Position numbers and translations under genes: made by a program. From positions 71,288-135,287 of the forward strand of contig JACPKP010000004.1 in NCBI GenBank assembly GCA_016186955.1: a DNA stretch of 64,000 bases. The letters run 5' to 3'. This DNA comes from Candidatus Daviesbacteria bacterium. Lineage in GTDB: Bacteria > Patescibacteriota > Microgenomatia > Daviesbacterales > UBA10151. This document shows, in pieces, positions 56,301 through 64,000 of the stretch; the first letter of the stretch is position 1; each line of letters starts with the position of its first letter. The notes beneath the pieces were generated by a model that ran no database searches, had not been told where the DNA came from, and saw nothing but the letters and a program-made list of their open reading frames with translations.

Positions 56301-56578
56301 AAGCTTCCGTTGATGATCTAATCTCACAAGATAAAATTACCAAAGGGTTGGCAGAGAAAATACTAATTATTAGAAACCTTGATAAAAACTTGAAAATTTC
56401 CTCACAAGATAGGATGTTACCATTTTTTGAGCCAAAGATTAAAGCTGAACGGATATTACAAAGATTACAGGACTTTGAAAGCGGAAAAGGGAAGAAAGAA
56501 TATCTGGAAAAATTGATTAGGAATAAAATTATTGATCCTGAAACAGCTAGGCTTATATTAGAGCAAACTCCTCAGTGA
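53375..56578 (+). CDS. large (1067-aa) hypothetical protein with a Gly-rich segment. A tail/tape-measure-like or transfer-related role is speculative.
   Basis: 'GGVGGAVVGGVVPLVGYGIDRGG' is present. The ORF has a long uninterrupted reading frame and operon-like packing. Confidence 0.45.
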   Translation: MALPFLSDIEQKITDARDAAQRILKQPQNFIQGFKPSAINTLNTITKAVSSYLPQYAPQTQQVKPQPLSAIRKQAENYLNAGLNTAQNYGNYLKTEGRRLTSPEFFKPKFTFADEIKNPVLNFAAQIPQSILNAPINTGEGLVNLPRSKSPQQVISNAAKIADLPLTLATFGAGGTALNIGKQGLKSSILKGGLEGLKYGAAYGGLSGLREGENLNLEEQLRIGAERAVLGGVGGAVVGGVVPLVGYGIDRGGKFVVKIMGDEKGFVKIPGKKPPILAKAIEDAINGDDLAKAQDIIDKLPDKNPYKAPFQSTLNAHIKNQSTAGKYSYNINLDRLKLSPKEKKVFDTRISTAKNILEKAKGQKLTDEEVINAAKTSEILQNVTSREDTVRANAAMLRARQNMVELDKNLDVYIKKGNVLKARTTMADLVDSLRVVSSEAADRGRKLQSLSIEAGDESLRSQVLRSIARVENDSNRIAKEALKVNWNNANSITTFYRQFVKPSTGEILDEFRYNNILSNPLTHERNAFSNLIQTFISRPLTLVVQGDISGAGRYYKGAFGSFPDAIKAFQDSFLGKGLIQKPDLSRLSTKKIPGALTIPTRAMEASDRFFQTIISSGERARGVSSKEAEKIAQYSLFRSILDPSNRTGQGVLLSKIDNATLGIYQLGEKVPGLRWFVPFLQTPMNVAKQWLEYSPGGFATIPGAAKPKEQIAKAVIGSVITAMGGWLASQDKTTWSAPVDPKAKELFYASGRKPFSIKVGDAWVPMPFLGVYAFPVALAAAAKYYQDESRTALTDSQIERLTKGVFSMTEFFSQQTFMEGLGNFVSLVKGDKDYSLPANLAFTAQQIIPLNGLVGYISRILDPIFRKADGEGIGGKFIAGVQRNIPFLSSGLPAYTNPLGEESRRNISSYLAPYALGVQDKRFEQQYQGREILLQSNDVLNKIDDAIVNGRVPTGDPALVEFRQAEYYYKKILNREASVDDLISQDKITKGLAEKILIIRNLDKNLKISSQDRMLPFFEPKIKAERILQRLQDFESGKGKKEYLEKLIRNKIIDPETARLILEQTPQ

Positions 56579-56817
56579 GTGTTTGGGTAATCTTCGGGAC
56601 TTGAAGCCGAAATAGACGGTATTTTGGGCTTTGTATGGCCAGAAAACGGAAGAGATCCAGAGGGTAGGAATATATCTAAGGAAAAAAGTTATAATCCCCT
56701 ATTATTTTTTTCAATGATTAAATTGTTAGCTTCAAGGTAGGACCAAAAATCACCATAAAAAGATTTCTCAACATTTTTAGCTAGGAAATTAAAACGGGAG
56801 TAAAATAGCTTCAAAAA

Positions 56818-57723
56818 TCATTTCCCAACATTCCCGGGGTAAACAGATTTATAAATATCTTCTAATTCCTGGTTTGTGTGGTGCAAATATAACTCCGAAG
56901 TCTGTATGCTGCTATGCCCCAAGAATTTGCTCACATGATAGATGCTGATCCCGTGATTTAATAAATTTGTTGCATAGGAATGTCTTAAGCTATGCGGGGT
57001 TAAACTAACCCCCACTTTCTCACCAGCCTGCTTGACTAATCTTTCGATATGAGTAGGGGTTAAATCAAAAAGCTTATTACTATTTTTCTTTCTAGCTGCC
57101 AGATATTTTTTAATTAGGATGGCGGTTTCGGGGGAGAACTGGATTAACCGCGGTTTTGACCCCTTGCCAAGAATGGTTGTTCTTCCATTTTCAAGATCTG
57201 GTTTAGCTACCTCTAGGGAAACGAGCTCCGATATTCTCAAACCGGAGGTTTGGAGAAGAGACAAAATTGTTTTTAGCCGTAGACCCTTTTTATTTCTGAG
57301 GTCTAAAGAAGCAATCAATTTTTCAATATCTTCGGGGTTGGGGATCTCTTTATACATCCGAACCACCTTAGGCAACTCAATAGCTTCAGCGTCCAGACAA
57401 TCGATTTTCTGGAGCCTTAACCACTTTAAAAGCTGCCGGATTGCAATTAGCTTCAAAGATTGGGTTTTTGGGTTAAGTTTTTGATCTAGCATTATTACCC
57501 GGTAGTCTTCTATGGTTGCTAAGGTAATTTGCTGAATGGGTTTATCTGGACCTGTGAATTTACAGAAGTCTAAAAGGTGTTGTGAGTATTTTTTAACAGT
57601 CCCCAAGCTCTTTTTTTGTGTTAGTGTTAGACTTTTAACATAAACTTTTATTGCCTGGCTTAGGGTTGTTTGAGAATTTTGGTCAAAATTAGTATAATTC
57701 ATATAGTTGTCCGGTTCTGTCAT
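56818..57723 (-). CDS. tyrosine recombinase/integrase (XerD/phage-integrase family)
   Basis: C-terminal 'LRHSYATNLLNHGISIYHVSKFLGHSSIQTSELYLHH' carries the HxxR...Y catalytic motif. An N-terminal SAM-like domain is present. Confidence 0.85.
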   Translation of the reverse strand: MTEPDNYMNYTNFDQNSQTTLSQAIKVYVKSLTLTQKKSLGTVKKYSQHLLDFCKFTGPDKPIQQITLATIEDYRVIMLDQKLNPKTQSLKLIAIRQLLKWLRLQKIDCLDAEAIELPKVVRMYKEIPNPEDIEKLIASLDLRNKKGLRLKTILSLLQTSGLRISELVSLEVAKPDLENGRTTILGKGSKPRLIQFSPETAILIKKYLAARKKNSNKLFDLTPTHIERLVKQAGEKVGVSLTPHSLRHSYATNLLNHGISIYHVSKFLGHSSIQTSELYLHHTNQELEDIYKSVYPGNVGK

Positions 57724-57758
57724 TGCTTCAAAACTAAGGCAGGGCCGGATGGCTTTTT

Positions 57759-58190
57759 TTATTTACTTCTTAATTTTTTAATTTTCTCCTTCATAAACTC
57801 AAAGGATTTTTCAAACTCCTGTTCGCTAATATTCAGATTTCCAGTTAATGCTCCGAATTCGAACGCAATAAAATGTGAATAGCAAACGTTAAGGATATTG
57901 TATCTATAAATTTTTACTATATCTCCGGATTTACAAATAACACACTCACCATCTGCGGTATTTATTAAATCCTTAAGATAATTTATTTCGCGTTCCGAAA
58001 AAGGTTTGGCAATTTTCCAACGGGTTCTTCTATCTATTTTTCCGAATGGTATAATCCAACCTTTTTTGATTAAAGCCCTGGCAGTACCACCCTCATTTTT
58101 ACCATCCGCGGTAGCCCATCCCTTATCAGATTCAATAATTTTAAGTAATAATCGGGCTTGTGAAACCTCTAATCTAGCAAAATCTTCCAT
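57759..58190 (-). CDS. hypothetical protein
   Basis: 143-aa ORF. Confidence 0.4.
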   Translation of the reverse strand: MEDFARLEVSQARLLLKIIESDKGWATADGKNEGGTARALIKKGWIIPFGKIDRRTRWKIAKPFSEREINYLKDLINTADGECVICKSGDIVKIYRYNILNVCYSHFIAFEFGALTGNLNISEQEFEKSFEFMKEKIKKLRSK

Positions 58191-58370
58191 GCAATAAAAA
58201 CATTATATCATATCCACTACATTATGTCAAATAGTAGTTTAAAGTTCTAAAAAGGGCAAAAAATGAGAAAAATCAAGCTTTGCTACCCACAAAATCCAAG
58301 CAAATCAAGCTGTTAGTGATAAAAGGGATAATTTTAGGTTAACGGGATATTGTATTGACGAAAACTGAAT

Positions 58371-58724
58371 CTATAAATTAGAGTTAAGGATTATCTCCCC
58401 CTCTCTGATTGGTTTGATTATCTCTGAATGATTATCCCAATCTTTTTCATCGGGAATTCTATAAACATTCCCAGGATAAACAGTAATATAAATAACTTCT
58501 TGAGCCATGTTTTTTCCGTCGAATATCTTGTTCTCATCTCCTAATAATAGTGCGGGGCCGGTAAAAGCTGCTGATACTGTATTACCTAGATTTATTTCAT
58601 GAACGTCCCACTGATCAATGTATTTGTCTGCATTTAAATCCCTTACAGATAATTTTTGTTTTATATTTAAAATTTGTTTTGTATATTTTTCAGAATCCTT
58701 TAGTTTTATAGAAGGTGATGTCAT
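58371..58724 (-). CDS. hypothetical protein
   Basis: 117-aa ORF. Confidence 0.4.
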   Translation of the reverse strand: MTSPSIKLKDSEKYTKQILNIKQKLSVRDLNADKYIDQWDVHEINLGNTVSAAFTGPALLLGDENKIFDGKNMAQEVIYITVYPGNVYRIPDEKDWDNHSEIIKPIREGEIILNSNL

Positions 58725-58954
58725 AGCAGATAATGTACAGCTTTAGAAAATATTATGCAATATTTGGCAATATCTGAGGATTTCAAGAATTTAGGCACAA
58801 AATTATTAACTCAACATTAATATTGGGGGTGTTTGATACATTTTTATCTAGATATTTAGGGTGGATTTGACTTGACGTGCATTTGACGAATTTTGAAACC
58901 ATAGTATAATAATATCAAGGCCTGTGGAGAAAAACCAATGGTCACCCAAAAAGG

Positions 58955-59158
58955 GTGGCTTTTTTTGTGGCAAAAATGGATAAGATTTTTGAGCCTAATA
59001 GATTTTTTAAAAGAAAAGAGATTTGCGCGATTTTACGTATCAGTGAGGCCACTTTAGGAAAGATGCTGAAGGGAAAGATTAGAGCTGTCAGATTACCCGG
59101 TCAATATAGGGTACTCGGTTCGGAAATAAATTTGTTTTTAAAATCATTAAATCATTAA
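58955..59158 (+). CDS. AlpA/Xis-like HTH DNA-binding protein (putative excisionase/regulator)
   Basis: 'ICAILRISEATLGKMLKGKI' is an MerR/AlpA-type HTH in a 67-aa protein. Confidence 0.55.
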   Translation: MAFFVAKMDKIFEPNRFFKRKEICAILRISEATLGKMLKGKIRAVRLPGQYRVLGSEINLFLKSLNH

Positions 59159-59273
59159 AATTGACATAGTAAAAAACCATGATATAAAAAAAGGAGCAAC
59201 TTTTAAAACCCATAATTCTTCTTTTTTACTAGTGGGAAGAGAAATTTAGGTTAGGCATGAAACATCAAACAAA

Positions 59274-59525
59274 ATGAACAATAGTGCATCAGACAATTTT
59301 AAATCAGACGTTATCTCTCTTTGCGGGGCGCTGCTTGCTTCCGGTAAAATCCAACTCTCAGGATATATCAAACTCCCAAATGGTAAAACTGAATTTCATC
59401 TCTCCCCCAAACCTATTTGCGAAGAACTTTACAATCTATATTTAAACGATAAACTCATTCTCTCGGCCTCAGCCATAGCCAGAAAAGTAGCCGAATTAAA
59501 TGTTATCCGGAAAGGAAATTATTAA
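59274..59525 (+). CDS. hypothetical small protein
   Basis: 83-aa ORF. Confidence 0.3.
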   Translation: MNNSASDNFKSDVISLCGALLASGKIQLSGYIKLPNGKTEFHLSPKPICEELYNLYLNDKLILSASAIARKVAELNVIRKGNY

Positions 59526-59806
59526 TGGATTATCAGGCTTTTTTAACTCAGTTTGAGCAAGAAGAGGAAAACAGGAGAGTAGCCCAACTCCAAAAGTTAA
59601 ATGAATCTTTAAAACTTCTGCCTGTAAGAAATGAATTACACGAGCAAGTAGAAAGTTTTATTAAATTCTTGGGTTTAGATAATGAGTGGTTTTGTTTAAG
59701 CAGGTTTGAAAAGGATCAGGAAAGACAAAAACTAGCAGCTCATATTTCAAATTTTTATTCTTTGAGGGGAGATTTAATAGCGGATGAATTAGAGGGGATA
59801 GTATGA
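59525..59806 (+). CDS. hypothetical small protein
   Basis: 93-aa ORF, overlap-coupled to its neighbours. Confidence 0.3.
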   Translation: MDYQAFLTQFEQEEENRRVAQLQKLNESLKLLPVRNELHEQVESFIKFLGLDNEWFCLSRFEKDQERQKLAAHISNFYSLRGDLIADELEGIV

Positions 59807-61362
59807 ATTCAGAGGAAGTTTTTAAAACTGAAAATTGTGAGGAAAGAGATACAGAAAGATTTACCGATACCTCCAATGCTGAAAAAATAAACCAGGTTTT
59901 TGGTAACAAAATCAGATATGACCATAGGAGGAAAAGGTGGCTGGTTTGGAAAGATCACAGATGGCAACCTGATGTTGATGGAGCAATTAATCGGATGGCG
60001 ATTGATGCTTCGAGGGTTAGATATCAAGCTGCAACCGAAATTTCAGATTTAAACCAAAGGACTATTGCTTCTAAATGGGCTATTCAATCTGAAAGCAGAT
60101 TAAGGTTGGATGCTGCAACCAGTATTGCCAAAAACCTATTACCCATTGCTGATTCTGGTGAAAACTGGGATTCAGACCCAATGTTGTTATCTTGTTTAAA
60201 TGGCATTGTTGATTTGAGGACTGGGAAAATTAGAAAAGGTTTGCCGGGAGATAGAATAACAATGGTAACAGGCGGAAAATATGACCCTGATGCTGATTGC
60301 CCTCTTTGGAAGAAATTTATCTCTGAGGTTTTTGAAGATAACCAGGATTTGATTAATTACGTTAAAAAAGCCCTAGGATATAGCCTGACCGGGGAAATGA
60401 AGGAACAAGCGGTTTTCTTTTGTTTTGGGGTGGGTTCCAACGGTAAGAGTGTTTTGTTTTCGACAATAAGGGAAATTTTAGGGGATTATGCTTATAACGC
60501 TCCCGCCACCCTCTTTCAAAGAAATACAATGGCCACCTCTAGCAATGATGTGGCATCTACCGAATTTAAGCGGTTTATAATGTCTGCGGAGATTTTATCC
60601 TCCACTAAGATTAACGAACTTCGGTTAAAAAAATGGTCAGGTGGTGACCAGGAGACCGCCAGATACCTTTATTCAGAGTATTTTTCGTTCTATCCTGCTT
60701 GTAAAATATGGCTTTTTGTGAACCATAAACCCCAAGTGGAGGATGATTCTTTTGGATTTTGGAGAAGAGTTAGGTTAATTCCATTTAATAGGGTGTTTTC
60801 GGAAAGCGAACAAGACAAAGATTTAACCAAAAAGCTGAAAAATGAACTATCAGGAATTTTAAATTGGTTAATTGAGGGGTGTTTGCTATGGCAGGCCGAG
60901 GGTCTGCAACCATTACCCGCGATAATTGAAGGTGCAACCAAGAGTTACCAGGCTGAAAATGATGTTCTGGCTGAATTTCTATTTGATTGTATTGAAGAGA
61001 CTGAGAATGACTCTCAAGCAATGGCGGTTTTTAAAAAATATAAAGAATGGGCGGAGATGCAGGGATTACAAGGGAAGGATACTTTAACCAATACTTCATT
61101 CGGGAGACGGATGAGTGATAAGTTTCCCAAGAGAATGGTTGATGGGCGGGTTTTTTATCGGGGAATTTCCATAAAAGGCGGTTTTAGTAGAGGGTTTGCC
61201 GTGCCTGAAGTGATAGTTGACCCCCATTTTCATAAAAGTCCCCTTATAAAAACTCGTATAAATAGTTTAGTGAAAACGACCTCAAACCCTCTACCTAGGC
61301 ACGAAAACCCTCTACCTACCAAAAGCGCCCAAATACCGCCAGGGTTACAAGGAATTTTATGA
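59803..61362 (+). CDS. phage/plasmid primase, P4-family C-terminal domain protein (D5_N plus P-loop NTPase)
   Basis: 'KALGYSLTGEMKEQAVFFCFGVGSNGKSVLFSTIREILGDYAY' is Walker A in the D5/P4 primase-helicase context. Confidence 0.75.
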   Translation: MNSEEVFKTENCEERDTERFTDTSNAEKINQVFGNKIRYDHRRKRWLVWKDHRWQPDVDGAINRMAIDASRVRYQAATEISDLNQRTIASKWAIQSESRLRLDAATSIAKNLLPIADSGENWDSDPMLLSCLNGIVDLRTGKIRKGLPGDRITMVTGGKYDPDADCPLWKKFISEVFEDNQDLINYVKKALGYSLTGEMKEQAVFFCFGVGSNGKSVLFSTIREILGDYAYNAPATLFQRNTMATSSNDVASTEFKRFIMSAEILSSTKINELRLKKWSGGDQETARYLYSEYFSFYPACKIWLFVNHKPQVEDDSFGFWRRVRLIPFNRVFSESEQDKDLTKKLKNELSGILNWLIEGCLLWQAEGLQPLPAIIEGATKSYQAENDVLAEFLFDCIEETENDSQAMAVFKKYKEWAEMQGLQGKDTLTNTSFGRRMSDKFPKRMVDGRVFYRGISIKGGFSRGFAVPEVIVDPHFHKSPLIKTRINSLVKTTSNPLPRHENPLPTKSAQIPPGLQGIL

Positions 61363-61799
61363 ATAAAAAAGAACTTATTGAACAATATCTAAAGCTCGGG
61401 TTATGGTGGGTTCTTTATGAGAACGATTTTAGGGAATTTCCCCAAAATGTTCATGATCAAGCATTAGCCAAGCTTGAAGAGACTGAAACAAAACTTAAGG
61501 AAATAGGGATAACAGATATAGCAATAATCGCATTAAATGACCATGTTCAAAGAATCAAAAACTCCAAGATAGGGGATCTCAAACCAAGCGAGCAACTTTT
61601 CCTTTGCAAGGTAATTTTCGGTAATGATTGCGCAGAGGCTAAAACAGATAATATTGAGAAAAAAATGCTTCAGCTAGAAGCAGTTAGAGTTGGACCAAAA
61701 GAACCAACTCCAGGTTTTGGTGGGATGCACTGGACGGAGTTTGCCGACAAGCTTTCAGATTATCATTTCAATAAAGTGAAAAAATCAGAGGGATTATGA
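61359..61799 (+). CDS. hypothetical protein
   Basis: 146-aa ORF overlapping the primase stop. Confidence 0.35.
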   Translation: MNKKELIEQYLKLGLWWVLYENDFREFPQNVHDQALAKLEETETKLKEIGITDIAIIALNDHVQRIKNSKIGDLKPSEQLFLCKVIFGNDCAEAKTDNIEKKMLQLEAVRVGPKEPTPGFGGMHWTEFADKLSDYHFNKVKKSEGL

Positions 61800-62051
61800 A
61801 TAGACTAATTGAAGGTTGTGTGTTCCTGCTATTGTTTATTGGGTTTTTAGTAAGACCAGTGTTTTGAAAGGATTTGAAAAATGGATCGCAAAAAAAAAGA
61901 AATATTTGTCGCGTTGGAGGAATTTAGGAGGCTAACAGGCTGGAAAATACCAGACGATCTTAAACTGGAAGTGTTAAAAGAAAGGTTTAAAGCAATAGCA
62001 AAAAAATATGAAAAAAATTAGAACTGCTATAGGTTGTAATATTTGCAATAG

Positions 62052-62369
62052 ATGTGGGATATCAAAAAAAAGGTTTCCTGGTATCCAAATGACTGCGAAC
62101 CGCACTCAAGACATCTGGTTTGTATTGATTGCCAATCCAACCTAGCTGAAGTTCCGCAATTTGATAAAGAAACCTTTGAAGCTTCAGTAATGGAGGAGGC
62201 GGCCTTATATAGAAATAATATTTCATCGATAACCCAAACTCAAATAGACAAAATAACCAAAGCCTTAACCAATAAGCAAAAACTAAAACTGGCTTTAAAT
62301 GAATTTTACGAAGAAACAGATGGACTTTACCCAAAACTAAGATCCATGAAGGGAGGCGAAAAATGTTAG
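62052..62369 (+). CDS. hypothetical protein
   Basis: 105-aa ORF. Confidence 0.3.
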   Translation: MWDIKKKVSWYPNDCEPHSRHLVCIDCQSNLAEVPQFDKETFEASVMEEAALYRNNISSITQTQIDKITKALTNKQKLKLALNEFYEETDGLYPKLRSMKGGEKC

Positions 62370-62818
62370 CAAAACATGAGATAACACAGAGCAAAGCGGT
62401 TATTAAAGCCTTGGACTCTTTAGGCAAAGACGAAAAAGAGGCATTGGCAATACTTCAAAAAAGCTTTGGTATGACAGAAGTGCAAGCGCAAGAGACCTTC
62501 TTTGACCCAGGCAAATGGCAGGAATGGAAACACCTGCAACAAAAAAAACTCGATATAAAAGATCTGCAAATGGTTTCAAAGGTTCAAGATGCTATTAATG
62601 CCAAATTAGACTCAGGTTCCGGTGCTCAAGCAAAGGAGCTTTACATATTGCTAGCTACACTGCGCGATAAGGTTTTTGGTGCAAATAAACCTGGAGGTCA
62701 TAGTTTCCTGGTTGGTGAAAAAATAACTGTAAACATGGGTTGGAAGTTTACCCCTCAACCAAGTCCAAATAAAAAGCTTGATGAGAGAATACTAAATGGG
62801 GAAGTTATTGAAGGTTAG
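62363..62818 (+). CDS. hypothetical protein
   Basis: 151-aa ORF. Confidence 0.35.
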   Translation: MLAKHEITQSKAVIKALDSLGKDEKEALAILQKSFGMTEVQAQETFFDPGKWQEWKHLQQKKLDIKDLQMVSKVQDAINAKLDSGSGAQAKELYILLATLRDKVFGANKPGGHSFLVGEKITVNMGWKFTPQPSPNKKLDERILNGEVIEG

Positions 62819-63924
62819 GGATGAGCTTTGATTTTAGGGATGAAGTATAAGCTGTTGGATGAATTGTTGATTTAGGCTGAATTTTAGGTTTGGTTTTAGG
62901 CTTATATGAACGTAAATTGCACTTTAAAAAACGTCTGTGTGTACGCACGCGGGGAAGCTAAAAATAACCCCAAAATTAGGTACAAAAGCACTTTAAAAAG
63001 TTAAATATTTCAGTGAATATTTAGTTAATTTGAGCCTAGTAGGTCGTAGAGTGCATACTCTACGACACAATTCAGGCACAATGTATATTTAATTATGCTA
63101 ATCAATCCTATAATATTAAATATTTACAGTTATTGGGATATATTCTGGCTTGAGATTATTCGGTACTATCCCCAGCTTAGTTCTGGTAATTCGTGGTCAG
63201 TACGCTTTGAAAGCTGGATATGCTGAAAGGGAAGGGTAAGCTTAGAACCCAAACCCTTCTCTTAAGGCTAAAATCCGGAGATGCAAATAATTAAAAATAG
63301 ATATTTTAAAGTATGGGGTGGGTATTCCAGCTAGGGTAACAGATAAAAGCTTGGGACCGAAGAAAAAAAATCAATCCCGCCAGAAAAAGGGATGGTTAAC
63401 CAATGAACCTTGTCGGGATTGGGTATAGCTATATAACTCATTTCTAAAGCACATTAAATATTTTTTTAAAAATTAAAAAGGGATGTTACAAAAATAACAT
63501 CCCTAACAAAAATATTAAATATTTGTGCCTAAAAAACTTTACTTGAAAACGAGCGACAAAATGTTGTGGGTTGTGCCTAAGAACACTACTATTTTACGCA
63601 CAAAAGTTTAGTGGTATGACCCATAGGTCATCTAAAAAAGATGGATAATCTATTTAGCTTATTATATCAATCTAAACTAGAAATGCTCTAAACAAACCTC
63701 ATTTTTTAGAGGCGTACAGGGGCTTGTAGCAAGAATATTTACTATTTTGAGGCTAATTATTTAAAAATGTTAGGGATTTATTAAAAAGCTGGGGTATGTA
63801 TATTTACCAGACGGCACAGGCACAAACTTAAAGCAAAAATGCCTCTAAAACGGCTAGAAAGGTGGTAAGAGGACTAACGTCCCTAGAAAAAAATTAAACC
63901 AATAGAAAGGAAGGTGAGATTTTA

Positions 63925-64000
63925 TGGAAGAAGACAAAACAAAGCAAATTGTACAACCAGAAAATCCGGAGTTCATTAAAAATGACTTGGATCAGAAAGA
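63925..64000 (+). CDS. hypothetical protein, 3'-partial at the window edge
   Basis: RBS 'aaggaaggtgag' followed by ATG and an open frame to the window end (MEEDKTKQIVQPENPEF...). Confidence 0.3.

Larger units (their letters stand above)
56714..62818. mobile_element. integrative mobile-element module (integrase, Xis-like, P4-type primase and small genes). The boundaries are not resolved.
   Basis: Gene content is typical of integrative or satellite-phage-like elements. A partial repeat-like sequence 'atgattaaatt...tcaaggt' at 56714-56737 lies next to the integrase gene. An AT-rich non-coding tract with repeats follows the block. Confidence 0.4.

Overview
This is a low-GC, gene-dense bacterial window whose small proteins and compact repair genes resemble Patescibacteria/CPR genomes, although that placement is only an inference. 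The first ~40 kb is mostly housekeeping. It carries an SOS/nucleotide-excision-repair set, namely lexA, uvrB, uvrA, and a short uvrC that lacks the usual C-terminal HhH domain. It also holds a sigma-70 factor, a histidine-kinase/response-regulator pair, rsmI, secG, a polyprenyl synthase followed by an archaeal-type thiolase with its DUF35 partner, CapA, a GH18 hydrolase, a fused 2-oxoacid dehydrogenase E1 alpha/beta, tRNA-Lys and tRNA-Arg. The accessory part runs from ~38.9 to 63.9 kb. It contains a VirD4/TraG-like ATPase and a cGAS/DncV-like nucleotidyltransferase (CD-NTase) that is frameshifted at its 5' end and sits next to a HEPN-motif protein. After that come a DUF4143 AAA ATPase, an orphan frameshifted hsdS, a KilA-N protein, a RhuM protein, and then a phage/integrative block with a tyrosine integrase, an Xis/AlpA-like HTH protein and a P4-type primase. 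The most unusual feature is a ~125-bp repeat that occurs four times, immediately after HEPN, hsdS, KilA-N and RhuM, and encodes a conserved 22-codon micro-ORF. Other notable features are a family of GC-rich palindromic mini-elements (one inserted in frame in uvrC), a ~430-nt GC-rich structured segment next to tRNA-Arg, duplicated tRNA-Lys 3' fragments flanking one gene, a degenerate copy of the uvrB 3' end, a perfect 90-bp in-frame tandem duplication, and three frameshifts at short T runs.
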